From the NCBI RefSeq assembly GCF_037042905.1, contig NC_087252.1, positions 10,294,001 through 10,358,000 of the forward strand: a DNA stretch of 64,000 nucleotides, in the 5' to 3' direction. Within the stretch, counting starts at the first letter, position 1; each line of letters starts with the position of its first letter. The DNA comes from Lytechinus pictus (lineage: Eukaryota). Below the pieces are notes generated by a model. It was given only the letters and a program-made list of their open reading frames with translations. It ran no database searches and was not told the origin of the DNA. Of the stretch, positions 41,501-53,500 are shown one piece after another. Both the position numbers and the translations under genes were made by a program.

Positions 41501-44500
41501 TTCTCCTCACCCTCTCACCTGGGCAGGCCTCCATTGAGAAGGGCTACTCAGTGAACAAGGATCTCCTGGTTGAAAACATGAAGGAGAAAACAATCGTAGC
41601 CCTGCGTATACCATCTATGACAGTGTCCAGGTCACAACCCCATCATTCACTAGCATACTCCTCACACGGGATATGAAAAGACATGTGCGGGCTGCCAGAA
41701 TGAGGTATGACCAGTACATGGAGGAGGTAAAGAAGAGCAACTTGAATGCACAGAGAGCAAAGAAGAGAGCAGGAATACAAGAGGACATTACTACAGCTGA
41801 AAAGAAGATGAAGCTTGTGGATGACACAATACAGACTCTCCGAAAGGAAGCTGACCAGCTAGCCAAGGATGCTGAGAAGAAACAGGACTTTACACTGCTG
41901 TCAAAATCAAATGCCTTTCGGAAGAAGGCAACTGAGAAACAAGAGGAACACAAATCCCTGAAGAAGAAAATCCAGCAGCTGCGGGACAAGCTTAAGGAGT
42001 AGGAGTGCTAGTAGAAACAAAGTAGAACAATAAACTGTGTCTGTGGGTGCATGCATGGACTTTGTCATATAGAACAGTGTTACATATATGTACATTCCAC
42101 TTCATTTTGCATTTTTGGCTTTTGCTATCAGAAAAGTGTTGGTAGCATGCAGTTGCATATAGCATCATTTAGGTTCCTGGTTGTACTGTTTTGTAGTACA
42201 CTGTAATTACCCCAATCCTGACCTTCACTGTAATTTCCACTTTCACTATAAGTGCAGTGTTACTTAGTTGCCAGTGCTACTGCTAAATGATTTGTTAGCC
42301 TTTTTTTTTTTCATGTCACCTTATTGTAAAACTTAAATGTCACTCTTTTGTAAAAATTGGCTCATGTAAAGTGTTTCATCTTCATATAATTCAGGGTTCC
42401 CCCAGAAATTTGAAAACAGAATTCCATGACTTTTATGTGGAAGTTTTGTAGTAAAGGTGAATTCAGGATCCTAATTTCAATATGCCTGGAAAATTTGACA
42501 TTTACATCAATTGTATAGTTCACTTTTGTGACAAGATCTGCATGCTATGCTCTGAAAATTTGGAAATAGTTCATGGAAATCTGTCAGTTCAAGAAATTAC
42601 ATGAGTTTGTGTTCAAGACAATTTTGAATCTTGATGTTGGTGAAACGAAAATGGTACTGTACCCTGGTCAGAAACAGACCATATACCAATGATAATACAT
42701 GTACATGTCATGAGTAAGGTATTGGGTGGAATGGATGGCTGTGAGGGAAGGTTATGGAGGCCATCATAATGTGTCTGATTTTGGAAACCGTGCCAGAAAG
42801 CAAGTCATGGAAAGCAGCAATTTAGTCATGGAAAAGTCATGGAATTATGTTTTCAAATTTCTGTGGGAACCCTGTGTACGTCACTTACGGCCTTTTCACA
42901 CGTGAATTTTGAATCATCGTTGTAATGATGATTGCTATTGTAATCATGACTGTGATTAGCGTTCATTATTCTAATCATGTTCTAGTTTAGTTTCACACGT
43001 GCTAAATATTCGTCATTAGCCTTATTTTTCACTGGAATCATCATTCAAATTACGATTTTCTTTACCGTGTGAAAGGGCGGCTAGATGAAGGAAGCTACTT
43101 TTTTAAGGACCTGCCTAATGACTGCCAAGCGAGGATTCGAACTCACAACATCACTATCATGATGCCAATGCTCTAGTCACTAGATCACACGACCCCGTAT
43201 TCGTACCCTGCCCTCGCCCACAGAGAGTTGTCTGCAGGCACAGACCCTGATTGAAACTTTGATCAACAAGTGAGTCCTCACACAAAGACTAGCACATACC
43301 TCAGCGAGGGGCTATCAGTGCACCGGGGTTGTAGCCTTTGCATTCAGACCCCTTAATTCGAGTGAAGGGCTTGCACAGCAGACTACAGAGAGAGAGTGGA
43401 AACGTGTTCGGAAGGTGTATTTTATGTTTACGGGAGGGGTGTTGCGATTTCCCTTTTTTAATATTATATGTATTTTGAATTCGCACTTATTATTACATTC
43501 ATGACATTATTCATTTTCCATTTCATTTTCGTATAAATATTTCTCTCGTTTCCATTTAATGATTTTTATTTTTACCAGTCACAAGAAACAGAAAGAAAAG
43601 TTTTATGAAGTGGTATCAAAGTCAAAGTACCCAGTAATGTATTCATGAATCCATGAATGCTTAATACATTCACCGGTAAATATTTACCAGTATATATTTT
43701 GCTTTTTTTTCATCGTATTTTTTTTATTTTGACGTATTATCCATATCATACACTAGCCTAGACTTATTCTAAAGCCCGTCTGTAGCCCAGGGTGTTTTTT
43801 TTTTTCATGGAGAGAGATAATCATAAACACACCCTCGCCCCTGTAATTGATGCTTTTCCTTCCTTCAATACCCTTCATAAATAATGTAAATACTAAGAAA
43901 ATGAATAAGACGATTTGAGTGGTCAAAACGAAGCCATTTCTGGTCGAGACTGCCCACTTTGCAACAACAGTCTTCGCACAGTGCAGGTCCGTGTCCATTC
44001 GATATCGATTCACTTTTCAACACAAACGAGAAAACGGTTTAATTCCTAGTACTTGTGATTTTCTTGTACGCTTGTATGGCTTGTGCCCGTGTATGTATGC
44101 ATAAAACAGGATCCTATTAGTGTAAACCCGTGGTTATGAATAAGTATTCAAAGCAAGGCCAACTCAAAATAAGCCCTTAATTTCTCCACCCGCTCGCACC
44201 TTCTGGTGTAGATTGCGAAAAGAGTCGGACTGCAAAAACGCCAGTGTTGATTTAACACCTGACTGGTATCTATCGGTCCACACCAGAGAAGCGTTGAAAC
44301 AACACCAGTTAAGAATCGAACAGATGTTGGTTTAACACTATATGGTGTTGCTTAAATGCCAAATTTGTGTTAGCCTAACGCCAAACAGGTGTTGTTTCAA
44401 CACCTCTCTGGTATGGACCGATACCAGGTGGTTGTTACATTGACACCAGCATTATTTCAGTGTGAATGTATTATCGAGTTTCACATTTCCTGATATTTAT

Positions 44501-47500
44501 GATTTTTTTTTTTTTTTTTTTTTATTTATGTTTTTATTGATAAATCTTCAACATACAAATCATTTACATCAAATTCCACTATAAAAGTTACCAAAAAAAT
44601 CAAAAATCAATCAAAATATATACAGAGTTATAATTGGGTTTAATATAATTATTATATCCCATGACGATTACTCTATTTGTAATGTATGGCTGTATAATCT
44701 TCACTCATAGGGCTACCTGTAAACTGGTGATTTGGGGATATATCAGTGTTTTAGTGATACAGTCACTATCATTACTTATCAATATTTTGTAAATTACTAA
44801 TTTGTATTTGTATTGAATGGATTGATTTAAATTTTATTTTATTGAAAGACGAAAATACAGCAATCTTTGCAAAAACAAAATATGAAAAGAAAATATGCCA
44901 ACATATTTTTACAGTAAAATGCAAACAGAAAAGCACATAACTAACGACAATACCATTTTTTGTGTTTTGATTTCTCCATATTCACGGGCTTTATGTGTTT
45001 TGCACCTTAACCTTTTGTTGAAAAGACAATTCGTCTCCAATTACCCTATTCAATTTATGTCACGTGTTTATCTCGACCAATCACAAATCTTTATGTATTT
45101 GCCTTCGGGCCATTCCCTTTCTTCTCTGTTTTTTCATGTTGTTATTTTCATATTCGGAGTTGACGAGATTATTGTCAGGACAACAGTGTCAGGCCCATGG
45201 ATTTTTTCTTTACAATTTCATTAAAAACATTGCATTCATTTGTCCCAACTGTCAAGCATTGACTGATGTGATGGGTCTGTTTTGGGGGTTTAAGAATTGG
45301 TAACGGAATGGGATGTGAAAACATGGAAACAAGGAAAGAACACTCAGAGACATAACGCCAGTTTGAGATTTATTTGTTTGTAGATCCCCTCTCAAGGAAA
45401 TCAAAAAAAGGGGCCATCAGGAGTCCCCCCCCCCCCCTCAACTCTTGATTTATCAAGTGATTAAGCAAAAATGAAAAGAGAGAGAATTGGAAATGTAGAA
45501 AAGAGATTTTCTAAGTTAGACGGACAAGAATTATATTTGTAGTATTATTTTGATCTTTCTCTTTCTATATTTTTGGGGGTGGAATAATGTAATAATTCTT
45601 ATACTGCACATCGTTCACCTTGTAAAATAATTAGTAATTGAATTTCAGGTTGAACGGAAGAGGGGTTGAGTAAATACCATTATTATTTACTTCACTAATA
45701 TAAATACACAATGACTGCCAACCCCCCCCCCCCCCCCCATATCCCTTATATTGTAACTTTTTTATTATTACCAAAATAGGTGCGAAGCAGGCGATTTTCG
45801 AAGCCAATTATACCACATATCTATCCTAAATGTTATCTTATGAATATAAAAAAAATTGTCTTTTTCCAGTAATGTAAGATATGATCCTCCTGAATATCTC
45901 AAATAGTCATTTGAACTTCAATCGGTAAATATTTTATTATCAAATCTTGACTACTAAAATGAAAGTATTTGATATCATTATTTATCATGAGATTATGGTC
46001 ATGAAAGCAATGTTTTGTTGTTGTTGTTGGAGGGGTAAATTTGCAAATTCTTGGAAATATTCAGCAAAGAAAAACAGATTATTCTCATTTATTTCTTTCC
46101 CAAACTGGACGAGAGTTTCACCCGGTTTGAGTTTTCACAACTCAAAGTGTATGGCCATTTATGGTAGAGATTGGTAGTGGATAGGGTTTATTTGCTTGGT
46201 GCCGGGTGAAAATGGCAGAGGTAAAAATGGCAGAGGTAATAATGGCAAAGGTAAAAAATGGCAGAGGTAAAAATGGCAGAGGTAAAAATGGCAGAGGTAA
46301 AAATGGCAGAGGTAATAATGGCAGAGGTAAAAATGGCAGAGGTAAAAATGGCAGAGGTAATAATGGCAGAGGCAAAAATGACAGAGGTAAAGATCATGAC
46401 ATGCTAGATCAGCAAGGAAAAGATATAGCCTTTCCAGTTAATATCAGTCATAATTATTGACCTTGAATGGACTCCTATCGACAAAATGGGTATTATGAAT
46501 TGATGAGATATTATTTGGATTTTTTTTCATCATTTTAGGTCTATACTGTATCGTTGATATGATTAAACTCAAACACTGCCATGCCAAAATGATTTCAATT
46601 AGTGAGTGATGAAAGGATTTACCTTGGCCAGGTCGTATAGTAGAACAGCACTTCATCACGTACATACCAAACGAACTGTAATGTAAAAACCAATATGCGC
46701 TACCATTAACACACTGAAATAAACGAGTTCTTTGAACCACTTGCATAACTTGGATAACAGAAAAATAACAAAACGTTCTGTAATAAAAGTAATTTTTCAT
46801 ATTTCAACATCATAATGGATCCGAATAGATATCGATATGCTACGTATGTAGTTTAATGTAAATGATATAATAATAGCAACTAGTGTTCATTTTCTCAGAG
46901 TAATACCTCATTGCAGCTAGTCCAAGTGGATATCAGGTTCCTTAAAAAGTTTCTATGGTAACGGGTACCACATGAATTTTGAAATGTGTAGCGAATCAGG
47001 GATTTAAATTCATAGGTGTTTCTTAGGTACCATTCTATCGACCTGTTTTGAAGGGGGAAATTCACCCTGACGAATGGTTTACTGTAGAAATAGCAGAAAA
47101 AATATATTGGTGAAGGTTTGCGGAAAACCCATCAAAGATTAAGAAAGTTATTAGAAGTTTGAGTTTTAGATCTGTGACTTCATATACTAGTAACTACCCC
47201 GTATTTTATTCACCATAATGTCTACTTTTCAATTTTTAATCAGTGGTTCATGATTGCTAAAACAAAATCTTTTAGGAACGGATGTGAAATTATTTGTGTG
47301 TTAATATACTTAGGGTACGATTAAAACCATTTTCATCCTTTTTTTAAATGACATTTCATTGATATTTTTTTGTACACCATATATGGGGCAAACTGCTCGC
47401 AAATGACGTTCCCATAAAATGTAAAATTTTAGTAGCTTTTTAAATCTTTGATGGATTCCCTAAAACTCTCACCAATATCATTTAAAAAAAACTTTATGTC

Positions 47501-50500
47501 AGTGTGAATTTCCCCTGTAATGAATTAAGTACAATATTTGGGATCCAAAGTGTTCTTCAAATTTGAATATTAGAAGAGCGATTTGACATGAGAAGTTCGT
47601 GCATGTAAGCCCAGGAAAAAAATGAGAAATACCAACTCAAGTGTTATCATTTTTACCTCAGCCATTATTTCCGCTGCTATTTATTCCTCTGCCATTTTTA
47701 CCTTTGCCATTTTTACTTCTTCCATTTTCACCTCTGGCATGTTTACCTTTGCCATTTTTACCTCTGGCATTTTTACCCTTGCCATTTTTACCTCTGCCAT
47801 TTTTACCTTTGCCATTTTTACCTCTGCCATTTTACCTCTGCCATTTTTACCTTTGCCATTTCTAACCTCTGCCATTTTCACACCGAGCCATTTGCTAAAG
47901 ACATTTGAACAAGTTGGTTTTATCAATAAGTTGTGAGGGGGAAATCTCTGGTTTTTACAACTCAAGAAGCTAATATATTATAAAAGATATTTATCTTTCC
48001 GCTGTAAGAAAACATCTCGATTCCACCCGATTTTTCTGTTTGAAACGCCTTCCTTTCAGAAGTCCTATTGACCTCTTTACTACGAATTTCTTTAGATTCA
48101 TCTTCGTTACTCCTTGTTCCCGTCCTTGTTACATCGATTCAAAACCCCCTCAAACATTTTGTGGAATTCCAGAGCGGCAGGATAAGAACAACTAAACATA
48201 CATTTTCTTTCAACTACAGCTATTCTGAAAACCACAGTAAACATCTAAAGAAAAGGATGGAATAAACGGTGAATTTCGTGGTTTACTTTTGTGCATTATG
48301 GCCGATGCCCATGGCAGTATTTTTCATTGAGGAGGAAAACACGTAGATATGTGTATGTGTAAATAGTTGAATGATATTCACAGTTTGTGTTTTGTGATAT
48401 GGTATGTGTACGCAGTCCATAAAGGTTGAGGACGGGGGGGGGGCAGTAAAAAAAAGTTTTTTTAAGCAAATAAAGATTAGACTGGTGGGGAGAAAACTAA
48501 ATGATGGGATGGGACGGAAGAGAGAAAAGGGAGCAGAGAGGTGATGGTTAGGAGACCTGACAAACAGATGATAGCGATTTCTGATTTTCAAAGAGAGAAG
48601 GAAAGAAAGAGAGAGAGAGAGCGGGTTAGAGAGAGGACGGAGAAAGAGGGAGAAGGGGCGGAAGAAGGAAATTGGTAATATGAATAAAATGAAATATGGG
48701 AGAGGTCGAAGAGAGAGAGAGAGGGAGAGAGAGAGAGAGGGGGGTGAAGGGGGATTGTTTATCTATCTGTGTGCCTGGGAAAATTGTATTTCTATAGGGT
48801 CCACGCTTCGGTACACACCCCAAACAATCCCATCGCTTACCCCCTCGCTAAACCAGTTGTGTTTCGTTGACAAGCCGTAGCGTGACATGACGAGGGCATA
48901 AAAAGGGTGTGTTTGGGGTATGAGCGAGTTTTGACAAATCAGCGTGAAGGGGGAGGAACCAAAGCGGCAACTGAGACCCAAGCGAATTTTGGAGAGAAAA
49001 AAAAACGGACGGAGGGGTCTACACGATATGTAGCTCACATTTCATATATGGATGTTCAAGTGTCACCCCCCCCCCCCCATATCGTTGGAAAGAAAACTAT
49101 GAATAATCAGTTAAATTCAATTCACCAATGGAAGTATTGTTTACAATAACTAATGATGATAATCATAATATTTTTCCTTATAAATCTACCGTAATAGTAG
49201 CAGTAGTAGTTAGTAGTAGTACTTTTAGTAGGCCCTATTTTGAAAATAAACCAAGTCTGTCTATCTATCAATTATTAAAATAAATGATGTGTTTATCGTC
49301 AACTGTGCCTGGTGTCACTGTGACCATTAACCTATACATGTAGGTGTCATCGGTAATATCATCTATTCATCCTTTTGTCTGTAACAGAAGTTTACGGAAC
49401 ACAATATCGCACGGTATCGCACATTCTTTGCCACATGACCAGCATCCCTCGGTAATTTTCTCCCCCCCCCCCTCTCTCCATCTCTCTCTCTCTCTCTCTC
49501 TTTATTTTCCTTTCCCCTTTTTTGAATCCACATGCTATAAGCGGAGCATATTCATACCAGTGCTTTACCAGGTAGTTATGTCCATTATACAATGAAACCA
49601 TACAACGTAATTACACAATGTAATTGCACAATGATTATTACATCATGATAACATACAATGGGTCGGACGAAAAAAAAATCTGATATCAGGGAGTTGGGAT
49701 GAGATATCAAAGGGAGATTTAAATGCATATAAGATTAGAGGGGCTTATGATGAATGCCTGACTGGGACAGCCTCCATCGTGTGTATGTCATTTCTGTTAT
49801 TCATATTCTGATTTGTTCCTACTTACTTTGTCAATTTGTTTGAAATGAAGAAGAATAAATTCAATCAATCATGTCAATCCGACAAGATTTAAACTCCGAT
49901 TGAATTAGGATTTAGAGAGCGTCGGTGACTTGAAAAACCAGTGCAATAGACATGACATTATAAAATGAGGTTTTAATGACCCTGCATTTAGGCCTACATC
50001 ATACTATTACACCAAATACAAATCAATCATTATCAATAACAAGTCAACATGGAGGTCCAAAAATCAATCTTCATGGCCGACATGTAGTTCAGAATTTGCA
50101 ATTTACTCATCTTCAGCTTACAATTACGAAAGGAACAAGGAAGACCCCAATTCATCGGAAACCTGCAATTAATTTTTGAATTTAATTGCAAATGCGTTTC
50201 CTGCAACACCCGTTAAATATTATATTGTTATTTTCTGTCAATATCGTTTATCTAAATAGACAACCAAAGAATGACGGATTTTGTTGGAATAAAAAATACC
50301 CACGTAATCTACAGACCAGACCAAGCTTCGAGGCACAGATGGAGAGGGGGTGGGGCATGGTCCTTCAAAAATGTTCACGACCATGACAAAAATGAGAAAA
50401 AGAGAGAATAATATATCAAAATATAAAATATGATTAGGTCAGTATCTGTCACAGAATAGGATTTTATTGAAAAGTTCAAATTTTGGCTTGCTTTGCTCCT

Positions 50501-53500
50501 TCGCAGTTTTTCAGTAAATTTGTCCAATACGCCATGCCTGGCCCCCTTATTTTTTTTTATTTTTTTTTTGTCTCATCACACTACTGGTTTGATGTCACGC
50601 AGGAAGACCAAAAACTGACGCAGAAACCATACATGTACTGCCTCTTACGATAGATGAGGTGCCTTTATCATGTTATTAGTTATTAGAATTTTATTCATTT
50701 GATTTGTGACGTCATATGCGAGCAGCTTTCTTACATATTTAAAGGTCAAGCCCACCCCAGAAAAATGTTGATTTGAATAAATAGAGAAAAATCAAACTTG
50801 CAAAATGCTGAAAATTTCATCAAAATTGGATGTTAATAAGAAAGTTATGACATTTTAAAGTTTTGCTTATTTTTCACAAAACAGTGATATGCAGAACACA
50901 AATGAGACAGTCGATGATGTCCCTCACTCACTATTTCTTCTGTTTTTTATTGTTTAAATTATACAAAATTTCATTTTTTATAGATTTGACAATTACGACC
51001 AACTTGACTGAATCATATATTATTAATCAATGCTCATTCCACATGTTCAGGGAGGAATTAATCGTTGTTTCACTCGACAATGAGGAGAAAAATAGAATAT
51101 TCCCTATTTCATAAAAAAAATACAAAAGAAATAGTGAGTGGATGACGTCATCAGTCTCCTCATTTGCATACCCACCAGGATGTGCATATAACTGTTTTGT
51201 GACATTAAGCAAAACTTTAAAATGTCATAACTTTCTTAGTTTACATCCGATTTCGATGAAATTTTCAGTGTTATGCTTGTTGGATTTTTCTTTTTTTATT
51301 TAAATCAACTCTTTGTTGGGGTGGACATGTCCTTTAATGGTAAAAAAAAAATAATGAAATGTTACTTTCTCCGAAAATTTAAAATGGTTTTTACTGTAGC
51401 TTCATTATATCAATGAACAAATCATTTAAAACCTGTTCTTAACAAGAAAATAAAGATAAGTCATCACGAACCATTAAATATTGAAATTTATGCATTTTAT
51501 ATTACATAACATATGTCACAGCTGCTCATTTATGACGTCACAAATCCAAAACTCAAAATTCCAATAACTTTCTTAATCTTTAATGGATTTTCCTCAAACC
51601 TTTACCAATATTTTTTATATTTTTTTGCTATTTTTACAACAAATTTCCCCTTTAAATCCCTGATTTGGCTCGAATGTATTCCTTTACTGCATGGCTGCTC
51701 GTACGACATGGATATTAAATCTAGGCCATACCAGGAATTCATAATTGTGATTGTCCATTGTACAACCGCGTCAAAATGCATATCATATTTGACATATTTG
51801 GGTCAATACTAAGATGTTGTTGTACTGTAAACATGGATTACGACTAGCTGCTAAAGCCTTCCCTGTTTGATTAATTACCACATATTTTTCTTTCCTGTTG
51901 CTTTTCTGGCCATTTTATGGAATTCCCTTTGGATCAATCACTTCATTTGCGATATGGGGAAGCATTTCATGAAGCGAAATCGGAGGTGATTTTCATTGAC
52001 TATTGTTGCAAGGTATTGAAATCCTTAGTACCTGATTGGCCCAGACCGACTTTGCCAGTGGAAATCACTGAATATTAGTCTCATGAAACACTCCTATGAT
52101 TTGAAATGAATGGGAATAGAGATGACCTAGATATTTTGACGGCGTACTCATTCCAGATGAAAACAATTTGACAGGGGTTTTCCGGGGAGTTTGTATAAGT
52201 ATAAGTTGTGGGGGTTTTTTTGCGATAGTTATTTTAATGCAATCAGACCGTGTCAGATAAATTGTGGCAATCATATTAATAGTAATAGATTTCGTAGAAA
52301 AGTTTGAATTAGTCAAATGGTTCAATGCTGGCGTTTGTAACGGATTGCATGACAGTAGGCACACTGCAAAAACTCCGGTGTTGATTTAACACCAGCCCGG
52401 AATCTATGTCCACACCAGAGAAGTATTGAAACAACACCAGTTTGGAATCAAACCGATGCTGTTTTAATACTAATTGGTGTTGTATAAACACCTATCTGGT
52501 GTTAGACCAAAACGAAACTGGTGTTAACACTTCTCTGGGGTGGACGTATATAGATTCCGGGCTGGTGTTAAATCAACACCAGAGTTTTTACAGTGCATAG
52601 GAACGAGGTTTTATACCCTTGTTCCCACGGTCACTATTCGCGCCAAGATTGAAACCGTTCTTGGTCACGTGTGTGACTGAAATCATGACAAATCTTGACT
52701 TTAATCAGTTATAAATCTAAACATTTTAGAGATTAAAACTAATAATGATTCACAGGAATTTCAAAATGAAATTAAACATTCAAAATGCACGCTTCTGTGT
52801 GAAGTCACACACGTGACCCACTGTTTTTAATGTCTGACCTTGAAGCTGAATATTGGAGGCATGCAGCAAAAATATTTCCCACATGATGGCTGACCTTTGA
52901 ATTACTAAATATATACCGGTATCTATTTTTTTAAAGATTTATAACTAATTAAAGTCATTTCGATCACACACGTGGCCAAGAATGGCTCATCAGTGGAGAT
53001 GCCGTGGCCGGGTGGTCTAACATGTCTAAGGCGCTTGATTTGAGATCAGAGGATTGGGGGGTTCGATTCCCAGCACGGCCCTTGAGCTATTTAGGCATTT
53101 TATCCACATTGATGTTTTATCGTACATCAAATAAATGAAAATGCTATATGCATTATGAATACCAATGTGCAAACTTGTTTTTTTTTAATGTATCAGATCA
53201 GTCGCCGCAATAGTATTGTTTTTTTGTAGAGAAATTTTGAAAGGTTCAAATTGTTCAATGTAGCGGATCGCAAAACAATGGGAAAGATGTATTAGCAGAG
53301 ATGCCAACCGTTACAGAATATTATTAATCAGATATAATACTACAATTTGAATAACCAAACGGCTGATCCAAATGTTTTTTTGCGAGACAAAGCGCGTTAA
53401 CAAAAGTTTTTCGCTCAGTCATTCAATCGGGATGATAACCCTGAATTAACATCAGAACACATCTCATTAATATTCCATGGAGCTGGCAACCATGTGATGT

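Noticed and set aside
46142..47965. Periodic ORFs (GRGKN, LPLPF, TSAIF) and a superficially CRISPR-like array
   Set aside because: 15-bp tandem repeats without unique spacers, inside transposon ends; eukaryotic context and no cas genes.
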